From: Candidatus Latescibacterota bacterium
GTDB taxonomy: Bacteria; Latescibacterota; UBA2968
Assembly (NCBI GenBank): GCA_965222605.1
Contig: OZ244960.1
Coordinates: 4,480,001 to 4,544,000 of the forward strand
DNA: 64,000 bases
Direction of reading: 5' to 3'
Shown here: one piece after another, positions 36,401-45,955 of the stretch
Numbering within the stretch: position 1 is the stretch's first letter
Layout: each line of letters begins with the position of its first letter
Made by a program: the position numbers and the translations under genes
The notes under the pieces: model-generated
The model's input: only the letters and a program-made list of their open reading frames with translations
What the model was told of the DNA's origin: nothing
The model's database searches: none

Positions 36401-37882
36401 TCAATGCTTGATCAAGTGCTTTTCCAGGGTTTTGACCGCGGTTCTCAGCGTTTTAATGCGTGCATATAGCTTGCAGTTGGACTCTACAACGGTCCATGGC
36501 GCGCAATCTGTATTCGTGCGATACAACATCTCATCCACTGCGTCGCGATACTGATTCCATTTCTCTCGATTGCGCCAATCCTCATCTGTAATTTTCCACT
36601 GTTTGAACGGTACTTTTTCGCGGTCTTGAAAACGCTTCAATTGTTCGTCTTTGTCAATATCGATCCAGAATTTGAATAATAAGGTGCCGTAATTTGCCAT
36701 CTGTTCTTCCATTTCGTTGATTTCGCGGTACGCGCGTTGCCATTCCTGTTTTGTCGCAAATCCCTCTACGCGCTCGACCAGAACGCGCCCGTACCACGAC
36801 CGATCAAAGATGGCAAAATGGCCGGCTTTGGGCATTTTGATCCAAAACCGCCACAAATAGTGATGTGCCAATTCAATATCATTTGGCGCGGCGATGGGGA
36901 TCACTTCGTATCCCCTCGGGTCCATACGGCGCACCAGGCGTTTGATATTGCCGCCCTTTCCCGCAGCGTCCCAGCCTTCGTACACAATGACCACCGACTG
37001 TCTTCGCAAATACACTTCGTGTTCGAGTTCCCATATCTTTTTTTGATAAATGCGGCGCAGACGATCGTATTCTTTGCGCGTGAGTTCTTTGGATAAATCA
37101 GAAGTTTCGAGCATAGAATGCGGGATTGGGGGTAGGGAAACCGCGTTGGTCCGCGTCTTTTTGTTCAGAGATGCCAGTTTTTTTTCCAGGACTTCTATTA
37201 CTTTTTCAAATACTGAAACTGTTGCAAAACGCCAATTTCGAGCAGACACAATATACCAGGGGGCATATTCATTGTCCGTACGTGCGATCATTTCTTCGAT
37301 GACTTCCCCATACGATTCGTATTGCTTATTCTTTTTCCAATCGTAATCTGTCACGCGCCAGGCAGTCAGGGGATTTTTTTCGAGTTGCTTAAAACGCTTT
37401 TTTTGTTCTTGGCGCGAAATGTGCAGGAAAAACTTGACGATTACATGGCCGTCATCTACGAGTTGTCGCTCGAAACTATTCACTTCTTGATATGCCTTGT
37501 CAGCCGGTAGTTTGCCCATCATCGGATCCAATTTCTCCACAATGAACCGACTGTACCAACTTCGCCCGTAAATCGCAATGCGCCCGCGTTCGGGTATTTT
37601 GGTCCAGAACCGCCACATAAATGGTCGGTAAGTCTCTTCTTCATTGGAAACCTGCGTCGAATATACTTTGACGCCGCGGGGATCGAGTACTTGCAATAAT
37701 TCGTTGATCAGCCGCCCTTTGCCAGAAGCGCCCCAGCCTTCAAATACGATCGTGATGGGCACTTTGTTTTCCAGAGCTTGTCGCTCGAGTTGGCCCATTT
37801 TTATTTCCAATTTTTCCATCCGGGCGTTGTATTCAGATTTTTTTATTATTTGTTTTAGATCGATAGCATCCAGCATTTCCAT
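36401..37882 (-). CDS. Two-domain polyphosphate kinase 2 (polyphosphate:AMP phosphotransferase type)
   Basis: FEGWGASGKG...GRSWY, then YEGWDAAGKGG...FDRSWYGRVLVERVEG and WKITDEDWRNR. Confidence 0.92.
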   Translation of the reverse strand: MEMLDAIDLKQIIKKSEYNARMEKLEIKMGQLERQALENKVPITIVFEGWGASGKGRLINELLQVLDPRGVKVYSTQVSNEEETYRPFMWRFWTKIPERGRIAIYGRSWYSRFIVEKLDPMMGKLPADKAYQEVNSFERQLVDDGHVIVKFFLHISRQEQKKRFKQLEKNPLTAWRVTDYDWKKNKQYESYGEVIEEMIARTDNEYAPWYIVSARNWRFATVSVFEKVIEVLEKKLASLNKKTRTNAVSLPPIPHSMLETSDLSKELTRKEYDRLRRIYQKKIWELEHEVYLRRQSVVIVYEGWDAAGKGGNIKRLVRRMDPRGYEVIPIAAPNDIELAHHYLWRFWIKMPKAGHFAIFDRSWYGRVLVERVEGFATKQEWQRAYREINEMEEQMANYGTLLFKFWIDIDKDEQLKRFQDREKVPFKQWKITDEDWRNREKWNQYRDAVDEMLYRTNTDCAPWTVVESNCKLYARIKTLRTAVKTLEKHLIKH

Positions 37883-37885
37883 ATT

Positions 37886-39010
37886 TTACTCCTCTACCCA
37901 CGAACGCGAGTCGGGCACGTCTAACCACGCTTCGTCTTGTACAATTGATTGCTGACTGATTAATCCCGGCAAGGTCATGTCCATGGCTTCATGAATGCCA
38001 ATCGGACAGGCGATTTCGCCGTTAATGCTTTGAATAAAATCTAGGACCTCGAAAAAGTCGCCCCCGCCGTGCCCGGCTTTTAATGCCGTTTCAGAGGGAT
38101 TGCGCCACATGTCGGGCAAATAATCTTCTTCCAGATCTGTCAAATCCATCCATTCATTTTTTTCGTCGCAGATATCTGCAAGCCATACGCGATTGACACC
38201 ACCGCGCGAGCGCGCCGATTCATAGCATCCTTTTGTCCCTTGCAGTTGAAAATTGCCGGTTGCATGGGGGCGTTCCGATAGCATATCTACCCGGATTTTT
38301 ACCAGTCCGCCACGCGCCATCTGGCACAACATGACGCACGAATCCTGATTTTCATACTGATCTCCCCGCGGGTCTGTGTAATGGTGTCCGCTGCCCGCAC
38401 AACACACCCGCACCACGCGATCGCCTGGCATCCATTGCAAAAGAGGTCCCAGGCTGTGCGTGCAATAGGTTATACCATCAATACCCGTTTGCCACTTGCG
38501 CCGCCAGGTTGTGATTTCATTCAGGGCTTTCAATTCGTGCAAATACTCTCCTTCACCGTAATATACATCGCCGAACAAACCCCGCCGCACGAGTTCTTTC
38601 ACCAGTACGTTGGGGCGGGTATAGGTGTAATTTTCAGCCATCATATAGATTGCTTTTGACGAAGTAGCGGCATGTACCAGGCCGCGGCATTCCGCTACGG
38701 AGACCCCGGCTGTGACTTCGCTCAAGACGTGGATATTGCGATGCAGTGCCTCAATTGCTTGCGGAGCGTGAAAATGCATGGGCGTGCCGATGACGACCGC
38801 ATCGAGTTCAGAACGCGACAGCATGGTTTCGTAGTCCGCGTATTTTTCAGACGCTCCCAGTCGTTCAGCAGCCGCGTCGAGTTCCTCTTCGCGCACATCG
38901 CATACCGCGTGAATGCGAGCCGTTTTCTGCGCTTCAAAAGCCACCCGAAAACTGCCCCCACGCCCAGCAGCGCCCACAATGCCCACGTTTAATTTTTCAG
39001 CAATGCCCAT
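37886..39010 (-). CDS. Gfo/Idh/MocA family oxidoreductase
   Basis: VGIVG, GTPMHFH, VLSEV, MAENY, YCTHSLGP and GHGGGD. Confidence 0.88.
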   Translation of the reverse strand: MGIAEKLNVGIVGAAGRGGSFRVAFEAQKTARIHAVCDVREEELDAAAERLGASEKYADYETMLSRSELDAVVIGTPMHFHAPQAIEALHRNIHVLSEVTAGVSVAECRGLVHAATSSKAIYMMAENYTYTRPNVLVKELVRRGLFGDVYYGEGEYLHELKALNEITTWRRKWQTGIDGITYCTHSLGPLLQWMPGDRVVRVCCAGSGHHYTDPRGDQYENQDSCVMLCQMARGGLVKIRVDMLSERPHATGNFQLQGTKGCYESARSRGGVNRVWLADICDEKNEWMDLTDLEEDYLPDMWRNPSETALKAGHGGGDFFEVLDFIQSINGEIACPIGIHEAMDMTLPGLISQQSIVQDEAWLDVPDSRSWVEE

Positions 39011-39031
39011 TAAATATCTCCGGAAAATTGG

Positions 39032-40720
39032 CTAATCGCTTCCGCCAAGACTCGACAGACGCATATCTTCTACCAGCATTTGCACGTTGGTTCTGCCTTG
39101 CCATGTATTGGCCTGTAGTGCAAAGGCGAGATCGACGCGATCGCCCACTGACAATTCGTAAACTCGTTCGCCCTGGCGAAACCAGATTGCATCGCACAGA
39201 TCAGCACCTGTATCCACGCTGAGTTTCAAATGCGCTCCGCGGCCTATGGCGCGCGCATCTGCAATTCGGCAATTGCGGGCTATAAAACGCGGCGATTCGT
39301 TCTTCGAACCAAAAGGTGCCAATTTGTCCAGGGTGTCAACGGTCGCGAGCGAAATATCGGATGGCTTGAGTGCGACATCGACTTCTAATTGTGGCGTTAG
39401 TGCTTCCTCTGATAACCGCGCTTGAGCATCTGCGATCAATCGCGCTTGAAATTCGGGATAATTTTCAGCGGGGACTGAAAATCCGGCGGCATCGGCGTGT
39501 CCACCAAATTCGGTGAGCAAATCTGAGGCGCGGAAAATCGCCTCGACGATATTGTATCCCCCTGCTGTGCGCGCAGAACCCGTATAGATGCCATTTTTTC
39601 GAAAATTAGTACACACCAGTGCGGGGCGCGAAAATTTTTCTACCAATCGCCCGGCGATTAATCCAACCACACCCAGATGCCAGTTTTCGCCGTGCACGAC
39701 CAAAATGCGATGTTGATCCAACCCGCCATTTTCTACCATGCGTTCTGCTTCGGCTATACCGTCGTTTTGTAGAGCCTGCCTTTCGCCATTCAGGCTGTTT
39801 AATTCTTCAGCGAGTTTTGCAGCTTGCGCGCGATTTTGACAGCGCAACAAATTGAGTGCCAGGTCAGCCGACGATAGGCGCCCGGCGCTGTTGATGCGCG
39901 GTCCCAGGAAGAATCCAATAGAGATCGTGTCGATGGTGCGGTTGCCTGTGCCAGCGACGGCTTTGAGTGCCTGCAAGCCCGGCCGCTCGGTGGTATCGAG
40001 TACCTGCATTCCCTTCCGCGTAAGCAGGCGATTTTCTTCTATCATGGGGGCCATATCTGCTACAGTGCCCAGAGCTACCAGATCCAAAAGTGAGTTCAAG
40101 TACCGACGGCGTTCCGATGCGGACATGAACTCCGCTGCCAGAGCCTGCACCACCTTAAATGCCACCCCTACGGCAGCCAGTCCCTTGAAGGGATATTCGC
40201 AGTCTGCGCGATTGGGATTCACCAGTGCCAGAGCGTTTGGCAATTTGTCCTGTGGAAGGTGATGGTCAATTACTACGACATCTACACCGGCGGCATTGGC
40301 AGCCTCAATAGCCTCAAAAGACGAAATGCCATTGTCGGCAGTTACTATCAGTTGTGCTCCCTTTTTGAGTGCTCGCGCCACACTTGGCGGCTTCATGCCA
40401 TACCCATCGCGGAACCGGTCAGGCAATAAAAATGAGGCATCGGCCCCAACTTCATCGAAAAAATCCAGCAATACAGCCGTGCTCGTGACGCCATCCACAT
40501 CGTAATCGCCAAAAACCACAATGCGCTCTCCATTGCGAATGGCTTCCGAAATGCATTCAACAATGCGGTGCATGTCCTTCATCAAATAGGGATCATTCAA
40601 AAAACTGGGAGAATCGGACAAATCCTCTATATTCAATGAACGGTTTGCGAGAATGACATCGGCAATAGAATGATAATCGCCCTTATGGCGTATGTTCCAT
40701 ATCGGGTATTTGGGCTCCAT
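39032..40720 (-). CDS. recJ: Single-stranded DNA exonuclease RecJ
   Basis: GDYDVDG, DNG, IDHH, GTVAD, PRINSAGR, GSAR and FGGHADAAG. Confidence 0.96.
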   Translation of the reverse strand: MEPKYPIWNIRHKGDYHSIADVILANRSLNIEDLSDSPSFLNDPYLMKDMHRIVECISEAIRNGERIVVFGDYDVDGVTSTAVLLDFFDEVGADASFLLPDRFRDGYGMKPPSVARALKKGAQLIVTADNGISSFEAIEAANAAGVDVVVIDHHLPQDKLPNALALVNPNRADCEYPFKGLAAVGVAFKVVQALAAEFMSASERRRYLNSLLDLVALGTVADMAPMIEENRLLTRKGMQVLDTTERPGLQALKAVAGTGNRTIDTISIGFFLGPRINSAGRLSSADLALNLLRCQNRAQAAKLAEELNSLNGERQALQNDGIAEAERMVENGGLDQHRILVVHGENWHLGVVGLIAGRLVEKFSRPALVCTNFRKNGIYTGSARTAGGYNIVEAIFRASDLLTEFGGHADAAGFSVPAENYPEFQARLIADAQARLSEEALTPQLEVDVALKPSDISLATVDTLDKLAPFGSKNESPRFIARNCRIADARAIGRGAHLKLSVDTGADLCDAIWFRQGERVYELSVGDRVDLAFALQANTWQGRTNVQMLVEDMRLSSLGGSD

Positions 40721-40916
40721 AAAATCTCCAGAGTGGTTGGTCAGAGTGAATATATGCGATCTGTGCTTGACTTGAAGTCAATTTGAACGTTAATTTTTTG
40801 AAACTAATATTTCACTTGGGAATCTCATAGGCTGGATGGTGGACTGATGAACTGGCCTGAGAGGTGGCCAGTTGCACACCGGTCCGCTGACCGCTAACTG
40901 CTTTCAGGAGTTTAAA

Positions 40917-41312
40917 ATGTCAGAATATTTCAATACAGTCAAATCTTATCTTCAAGACCTCAATCTCGCGGTTGACGAGGAAGATACCGCTGAAGAACTC
41001 GTTGTGGTGAGTAACGAAGATCGCGGTATCAATCACCTCATTGTCGATTGTGAAGATCCCATCCTCATTATTGAGCAGGCCATTCTGCCCATTCCCAACG
41101 TTCCTGGCGACCTGTACAAAAGGTTGCTCGAAATGAATCGCACACTCGTTCACGGGGCGTTTGCCCTCGATGAGGAAACCGGCACGATTCTTTTCCGCGA
41201 TACCCTGCGCCTCGATACCCTGGATCGATCGGAGCTTGAAGGCTCTATCACGGCGCTCGAACTCGCATTAGCCGAAAATGCCTCAGAATTACTCGAATAT
41301 AGCCATCAGTAG
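40917..41312 (+). CDS. CesT/YbjN-like (type III chaperone-fold) protein
   Basis: RBS AGGAG. LLEMNRTLVHGAFALDE and FRDTL; lies directly upstream of pspA. Confidence 0.7.
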   Translation: MSEYFNTVKSYLQDLNLAVDEEDTAEELVVVSNEDRGINHLIVDCEDPILIIEQAILPIPNVPGDLYKRLLEMNRTLVHGAFALDEETGTILFRDTLRLDTLDRSELEGSITALELALAENASELLEYSHQ

Positions 41313-41360
41313 TCAGTATTACTACGTTGACCGCTGACCATTTCTTAAAAGGAGTATCTT

Positions 41361-42065
41361 ATGAGCATCTTTCAACGCCTCTTTAATGTGGGCAAGTCCG
41401 AAGTCAATGCGGCCATTGACAAATTTGAAGACCCAATAAAAATGACCGAACAGGGTATTCGCGATCTAAAACAAGACCTCAATGGGGCGATGACCAGCCT
41501 GGCAGAGGTCAAGGGGCAGGCCATTCGATTGCGAAAGCAGGCTGAAGACAACAAAAAGGCATCTGCAGATTGGGAGAGAAAGGCCATGATTTTGATCCAA
41601 AAGGCCCAAAGCGGCGATCTGGATGCTGAGGAAGCCGATCGGTTGGCAACGGAAGCTCTCAGCCGCAAATCAGAAGCCGACAGCCGCATCTCTCAGTTTG
41701 AACAGGATGCTGAGATGCAGGAAAATATGGCCAATAACCTTCAAAGTCAGGTGGAGAAACTCAAATCTACCATTGCAACACACGAAAATGAACTCATTTC
41801 ACTGCGTGCGCGTGCAAAAACAGCCTCTGCGACCAAAAAGATCAACAAGCAGCTCGCCAAAGTCGATTCGTCTGGTACGATCGCCATGCTCGAGCGCATG
41901 AAAGAACGGGTTGAAGAAGACGAATCGCTCTCGCAGGCTTATGGTGAAATGGCCAATGAATCCAAGAGCGTTGATGAGGAAATTGACGCGGCACTGAGTA
42001 CTTCATCGAGTGGCACAGATCAACGCCTTGCTGAACTCAAAGCAAAGATGGGGATGAATTCGTAA
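41361..42065 (+). CDS. PspA/IM30 family protein
   Basis: MSIFQRL, EDPIKMTEQGIRDL, LRARAKTA, ERMKERV and RLAELKAKM. Confidence 0.92.
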   Translation: MSIFQRLFNVGKSEVNAAIDKFEDPIKMTEQGIRDLKQDLNGAMTSLAEVKGQAIRLRKQAEDNKKASADWERKAMILIQKAQSGDLDAEEADRLATEALSRKSEADSRISQFEQDAEMQENMANNLQSQVEKLKSTIATHENELISLRARAKTASATKKINKQLAKVDSSGTIAMLERMKERVEEDESLSQAYGEMANESKSVDEEIDAALSTSSSGTDQRLAELKAKMGMNS

Positions 42066-42152
42066 GTCGTGGATTGGCTCTGGGTGTGCCTGGGAATGAG
42101 AGACTCGCGCACCCGGATGAGTTTTTTACTCGCTGCGTTGCAGGGAGAGAAA

Positions 42153-42692
42153 ATGAATTGGAATCTTTTTAAAAAAAAGAAAGAAGAACCCGAAGCTCTC
42201 GATCCCCTTAGTATTACGCTGTCCGATCTCAAACTGGGTTATGTTCTCGACTACGATCTCAAAACATGGCAGGTCACGGCGCAGCATTATTACGATTACG
42301 AAGGGGATCGCGTGGATGAATGGGAACTTACCTGCGGCGATGACCTGGCATATCTCGAGCGGGCAGAAGACGATAATATCGCCTGGGCATTGACGCGCAA
42401 AATTCCCCTTTCCGATATTGAGAGCAATATCCGCGCGCATATGAGCAACTACGATGATCCCCCAGATGAAGTCACTTGCAATGGTATTATTTACTACGGG
42501 GAATCATCAGCCGTTGGATCTTATTACAAAGATGGCGAGGGAGAGGGGCAGGAGTTTATCATCTGGAATTATCTCGACGAGTCGGCAAAGCACACTTTGT
42601 CTCTCGAGCAATGGGAAGAAAATGCTTATGATGCCGCAGTGGGTGAGGTCGTCGAAGAATATCAATTTAGCAATATCCTGCCAGTCGCGTAA
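42153..42692 (+). CDS. DUF4178/YjfK-like acidic protein
   Basis: LDYDLKTWQV, EWEL, PPDEV, LSLEQW and EYQFSNILP, plus the gene context. Confidence 0.65.
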   Translation: MNWNLFKKKKEEPEALDPLSITLSDLKLGYVLDYDLKTWQVTAQHYYDYEGDRVDEWELTCGDDLAYLERAEDDNIAWALTRKIPLSDIESNIRAHMSNYDDPPDEVTCNGIIYYGESSAVGSYYKDGEGEGQEFIIWNYLDESAKHTLSLEQWEENAYDAAVGEVVEEYQFSNILPVA

Positions 42693-42697
42693 TATCT

Positions 42698-44233
42698 CTA
42701 TTCAACTCCCCATTCTGATTTTCTATAGTATTGATCTACTGTCGGTTCCATTTCTGTGCTGACATCAATTGCGTGTTTTTCGTCAAACATGCCCTTCCAG
42801 AAGTGCAACATTCCCCGCATCGCTTCCGCATTCAAAAATTGTGTTTCAATATTCGCAAAGGTGAGTTGCCGCATTCGGCGACCCAGATCCTCTTTGCGCA
42901 TTCCCTGTGTTTTCATCCCCAGTACCCATCCCCAATCGCCCATCGTTGGTATATAGGTGTGATAGGGTATTGTCGAAAAGCCGGCGTCTTCCATCGTGCG
43001 CTCAATGCACAGAAAAGCAAGACGCGCGTTAAGAGGACTCGATGCCTGGGTTACCAGCACGCCATCGGGTGTTAGGTGACGCGCACACAAGCGATAAAAT
43101 TCCCGTGAATACAATCTGGCGAGGTCTGGCCCTTTGGGGTCGGGCAGGTCGATGATGATGATATTGAATAACGCATCTGAATGCGCCAAAAACGCGCCGG
43201 CATCGCCGATTACTACATTTACACGCGGGTCGTCCAGTGCCCGCGCGTTCGCTTCTACAAAAATTGGATATGTGCGCGCCAGGTCGATTATCGCTTTATC
43301 TAAATCTACCAGCGTAATCGCTTTCACATCTGCGTATTTCACGACTTCGCGCACAGCCAGTCCATCCCCTCCGCCTAAGATGAGCACGTTGTTCCGCGAT
43401 CCAGATAGTTGCAGGGCCGGATGCACCAGCGATTCGTGATAGCGTTCTTCGTCATAGGTGCTGAATTGTACGTTGCCATTTAAGTGCAGCCAGTGGTGGC
43501 CTTTCCATTCTGTTATGACAATGCGTTGATAAGCGGTCTGTTCCTGATAGACTACGCGGTCGCGATACCGACTTTGCTCGCCCCATATCACAATGGGACG
43601 GATATAAATTCCCAGTACCAGAAGGCCTGCGCCCATAATCCAAAATGCCGCCAACAATCGAATGGGCCGCGCCAATAAGTGTCGATATTGCCACAGTAAT
43701 ACCGATGCCACGACAAAGTTAATCGCGGCCAACGCCAGCGGTGTGTAGGTCAGGCCCAATTCTGGCAATAAAAAAAAGGCGAACAATAGTCCGCCGATCA
43801 ATGCGCCAAAATAGTCTTTTTCCATTACTGAGGCGATATTGGTACGCAGATCCTGGTACGCTTCGTTCATGCGAGCGACCAGCGGAATTTCCATGCCGAT
43901 TAGCACGCCGATTGCAAAAGCATACACATAGATGAAAATACCTGCCGACAGCACGAGTGTCGATCCAAAATACGCCGCAACCGCACAGGTGGCACACAGA
44001 GCCGAGAGATAAAATTCGATTGCGATAAAGCGATCCAGCAACCGGTCTGTCAATAAGCGGCTCCATCGACTGCCCAGGCCCATGGCAAATAACATCAGCG
44101 ACATGAGCATTGCCCACTGCAATGTCGTATTGCCCAATAGATAGCTCGCCAGCGTTGATAGCGTAAATTCCGCTACAATGCCCGAACACCCCGTGGCGAA
44201 TATACAGGCTTTTAAGAGATAACTTTGACGCAT
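42698..44233 (-). CDS. speE: Membrane-anchored polyamine aminopropyltransferase (spermidine synthase with N-terminal TM domain)
   Basis: About 7 TM helices, then QTAYQRI, QFSTYDEERYHESLVHP, LILGGGDGL, IIIDLPDP and LYSREFY. Confidence 0.9.
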   Translation of the reverse strand: MRQSYLLKACIFATGCSGIVAEFTLSTLASYLLGNTTLQWAMLMSLMLFAMGLGSRWSRLLTDRLLDRFIAIEFYLSALCATCAVAAYFGSTLVLSAGIFIYVYAFAIGVLIGMEIPLVARMNEAYQDLRTNIASVMEKDYFGALIGGLLFAFFLLPELGLTYTPLALAAINFVVASVLLWQYRHLLARPIRLLAAFWIMGAGLLVLGIYIRPIVIWGEQSRYRDRVVYQEQTAYQRIVITEWKGHHWLHLNGNVQFSTYDEERYHESLVHPALQLSGSRNNVLILGGGDGLAVREVVKYADVKAITLVDLDKAIIDLARTYPIFVEANARALDDPRVNVVIGDAGAFLAHSDALFNIIIIDLPDPKGPDLARLYSREFYRLCARHLTPDGVLVTQASSPLNARLAFLCIERTMEDAGFSTIPYHTYIPTMGDWGWVLGMKTQGMRKEDLGRRMRQLTFANIETQFLNAEAMRGMLHFWKGMFDEKHAIDVSTEMEPTVDQYYRKSEWGVE

Positions 44234-44249
44234 ATTAAAATAATAAAAA

Positions 44250-44280
44250 TAACTCGGCGGGTGGAATACCCACCGAGTTA
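44250..44280 (-). terminator. Terminator-like hairpin between the DUF350 gene and speE
   Basis: TAACTCGGTGGGT-ATTCC-ACCCGCCGAGTTA followed by TTTTTATTATTTT on the minus strand. Confidence 0.55.
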
Positions 44281-44310
44281 AAGAGATTTAATCAGGGAAT
44301 TTTACAGTTT

Positions 44311-45156
44311 TCACAAACTCCACACAATCAGGAACGACGCGCCGATATAAGACGTGGCCTCAATGAAGCCCGCGGCCAAATTGGGGTGTTCTTGATTGGC
44401 GATTTCATCGGTGAGTTTTTGTCCGGGCAAGAGGATCACATCGGAGATGAACCGGGCGATGGGTAGCAGTATTAATCCCGCGATTACTTCGATTGCAAAA
44501 TCCTGTAGATTTACGGTCCATGAAATAAAATCACCCGCCGATGCGTGAAATACAATGACGCCAATGCCGACCAATGCGCCAGCAAAAGCGACGCCAGCGG
44601 CGACATTGTCTTTTTCAATTTCGTCGTGAATGCTATACGGGGTAATCCATTCGTACACCAGCCCGGCCAGTATCAGGGCTATTTGACCCGATGCCCAGAA
44701 AATCACTGTTGTCACAATCCCGCCAATTTCACCCGATACCGCACCAAAGATCACCAATCCCGTTGCAATATACGACGCAGCGACCACAACACCCGTGCCC
44801 ACGTTCTGATCGTCAATCAATTCATCCCGAACTTTGAATCCATGTAAGATCACCCAGTCATTGACCAGACGGGACAAATTCAGCAAGACAATCGCCAGCA
44901 GTCCGTATATGCCAATGTCGATCAAATCGTTTTCCAATCCCTGAGATGGTCCCGATAAGGTGCCACCAATGGCCATTATCAATCCAAAATAATATCCCGC
45001 CATGGCCACACCCAGTGCAGCGTTGTCTTTTTCGACCAGTTCATCCCGCACGCTGTAACTCCGTGTCGTCAAATCCTTGATCAATTTGCCGAGCCAGAAT
45101 AATATAAACGCACTAATGAGATAAATACCCGTTGCGATCAAATCCTGTAAAATCAT
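44311..45156 (-). CDS. DUF350 membrane protein (tandem repeats)
   Basis: Four repeats of EL/EI..DN.A.G (ELVEKDNAALG, ELIDDQNVGTG, EIEKDNVAAG, EIANQEHPNLAAG). ATG at 45156 overlaps the upstream stop. Confidence 0.82.
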   Translation of the reverse strand: MILQDLIATGIYLISAFILFWLGKLIKDLTTRSYSVRDELVEKDNAALGVAMAGYYFGLIMAIGGTLSGPSQGLENDLIDIGIYGLLAIVLLNLSRLVNDWVILHGFKVRDELIDDQNVGTGVVVAASYIATGLVIFGAVSGEIGGIVTTVIFWASGQIALILAGLVYEWITPYSIHDEIEKDNVAAGVAFAGALVGIGVIVFHASAGDFISWTVNLQDFAIEVIAGLILLPIARFISDVILLPGQKLTDEIANQEHPNLAAGFIEATSYIGASFLIVWSL

Positions 45157-45884
45157 TTTCCAAACCCTCCAAAACTGCGGCTGCCAAATCCAGATCGGCT
45201 GCGACTCGTTGAACGCGAACTGCCAAATCCGCTGCGACTCTGGCTCGTGCGACTTTGCACTTTTTGTGTGAACGATTGTCTCTTTTGGGCTATGGTTGCC
45301 TTGCGTCGCTGGAATGTCGTTGGTTTTTGTTTTTGCGTGACAGACCCCTGCGTGCCATATTCCCGATTGCGCCCATAATACGGGCGTCGATCCTGGCGAT
45401 AAGACCGATAATCGTCGTAATCGTAGCGACTCATGCCGAATCCGCCGCCCCAACCGAGCAAACTTCGCATCATCGCGTATTGGCCGTAAAACTCCCAGAA
45501 CGACGTGCCCCCGCGATTCGTCCATTGTCCGTATTGTGGATTGCCCACATAGTGGTATCCGGGCGGGTGTGGCGTATTGTTTACGCCATCTTGCTCAGAT
45601 TTGGCAACCAGCGCCATTCCCAAAAATGGTTCGTATTTTCGATAGATGGCCTCCGATACTTCTATCCAGTCCGATTGTACCTTTTTTTCGCCCTGTGTAA
45701 TTAAATACCGATGATAATACGCGGTAAAAACAGTGCCTTCTTCACGTATATCATCCAACACAATCATATACGCCGGTGCCGAGGCCAGCGATTTTTGCAT
45801 TTCAACTACGGGATCGCGTTCGCCGCCGCACCCGCACAACAACAGAAGGCCGATCAGAAAGACCGGCAATCGTTCTCGTGTCAT
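45153..45884 (-). CDS. Putative lipoprotein with an Arg/Ser/Gly-rich low-complexity tail
   Basis: Signal peptide ending LCGC, PPGYHYVGNPQYGQW..SFWEFYGQYAM, and tail SRSGFGSSRSTSRSRSGFGSRSFGGFGK. Confidence 0.75.
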   Translation of the reverse strand: MTRERLPVFLIGLLLLCGCGGERDPVVEMQKSLASAPAYMIVLDDIREEGTVFTAYYHRYLITQGEKKVQSDWIEVSEAIYRKYEPFLGMALVAKSEQDGVNNTPHPPGYHYVGNPQYGQWTNRGGTSFWEFYGQYAMMRSLLGWGGGFGMSRYDYDDYRSYRQDRRPYYGRNREYGTQGSVTQKQKPTTFQRRKATIAQKRQSFTQKVQSRTSQSRSGFGSSRSTSRSRSGFGSRSFGGFGK

Positions 45885-45955
45885 AATCTCCTCCAGATAT
45901 GGGTGGTTGCAACCATAGTCTTCTTAAGATACGTCAATATCGGTTTTGTGCAATA

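Noticed and set aside
40850-40882. AACTGGCCTGAGAGGTGGCCAGTT resembles a 16S rRNA helix (GGYCTGAGAGG), and the upstream CTGATGA resembles a hammerhead core
   Set aside because: The similarity spans only about 20 nt, with no flanking rRNA sequence and no GAAA after the stem. Treated as a simple leader hairpin.
45157-45525. N-terminal extension of the DUF350 ORF (similarly 30758-30955, 47420-47548, 21193-21294, 42069-42152)
   Set aside because: These extensions overlap neighbouring genes or lack an RBS. Downstream starts fit the domain boundaries better.
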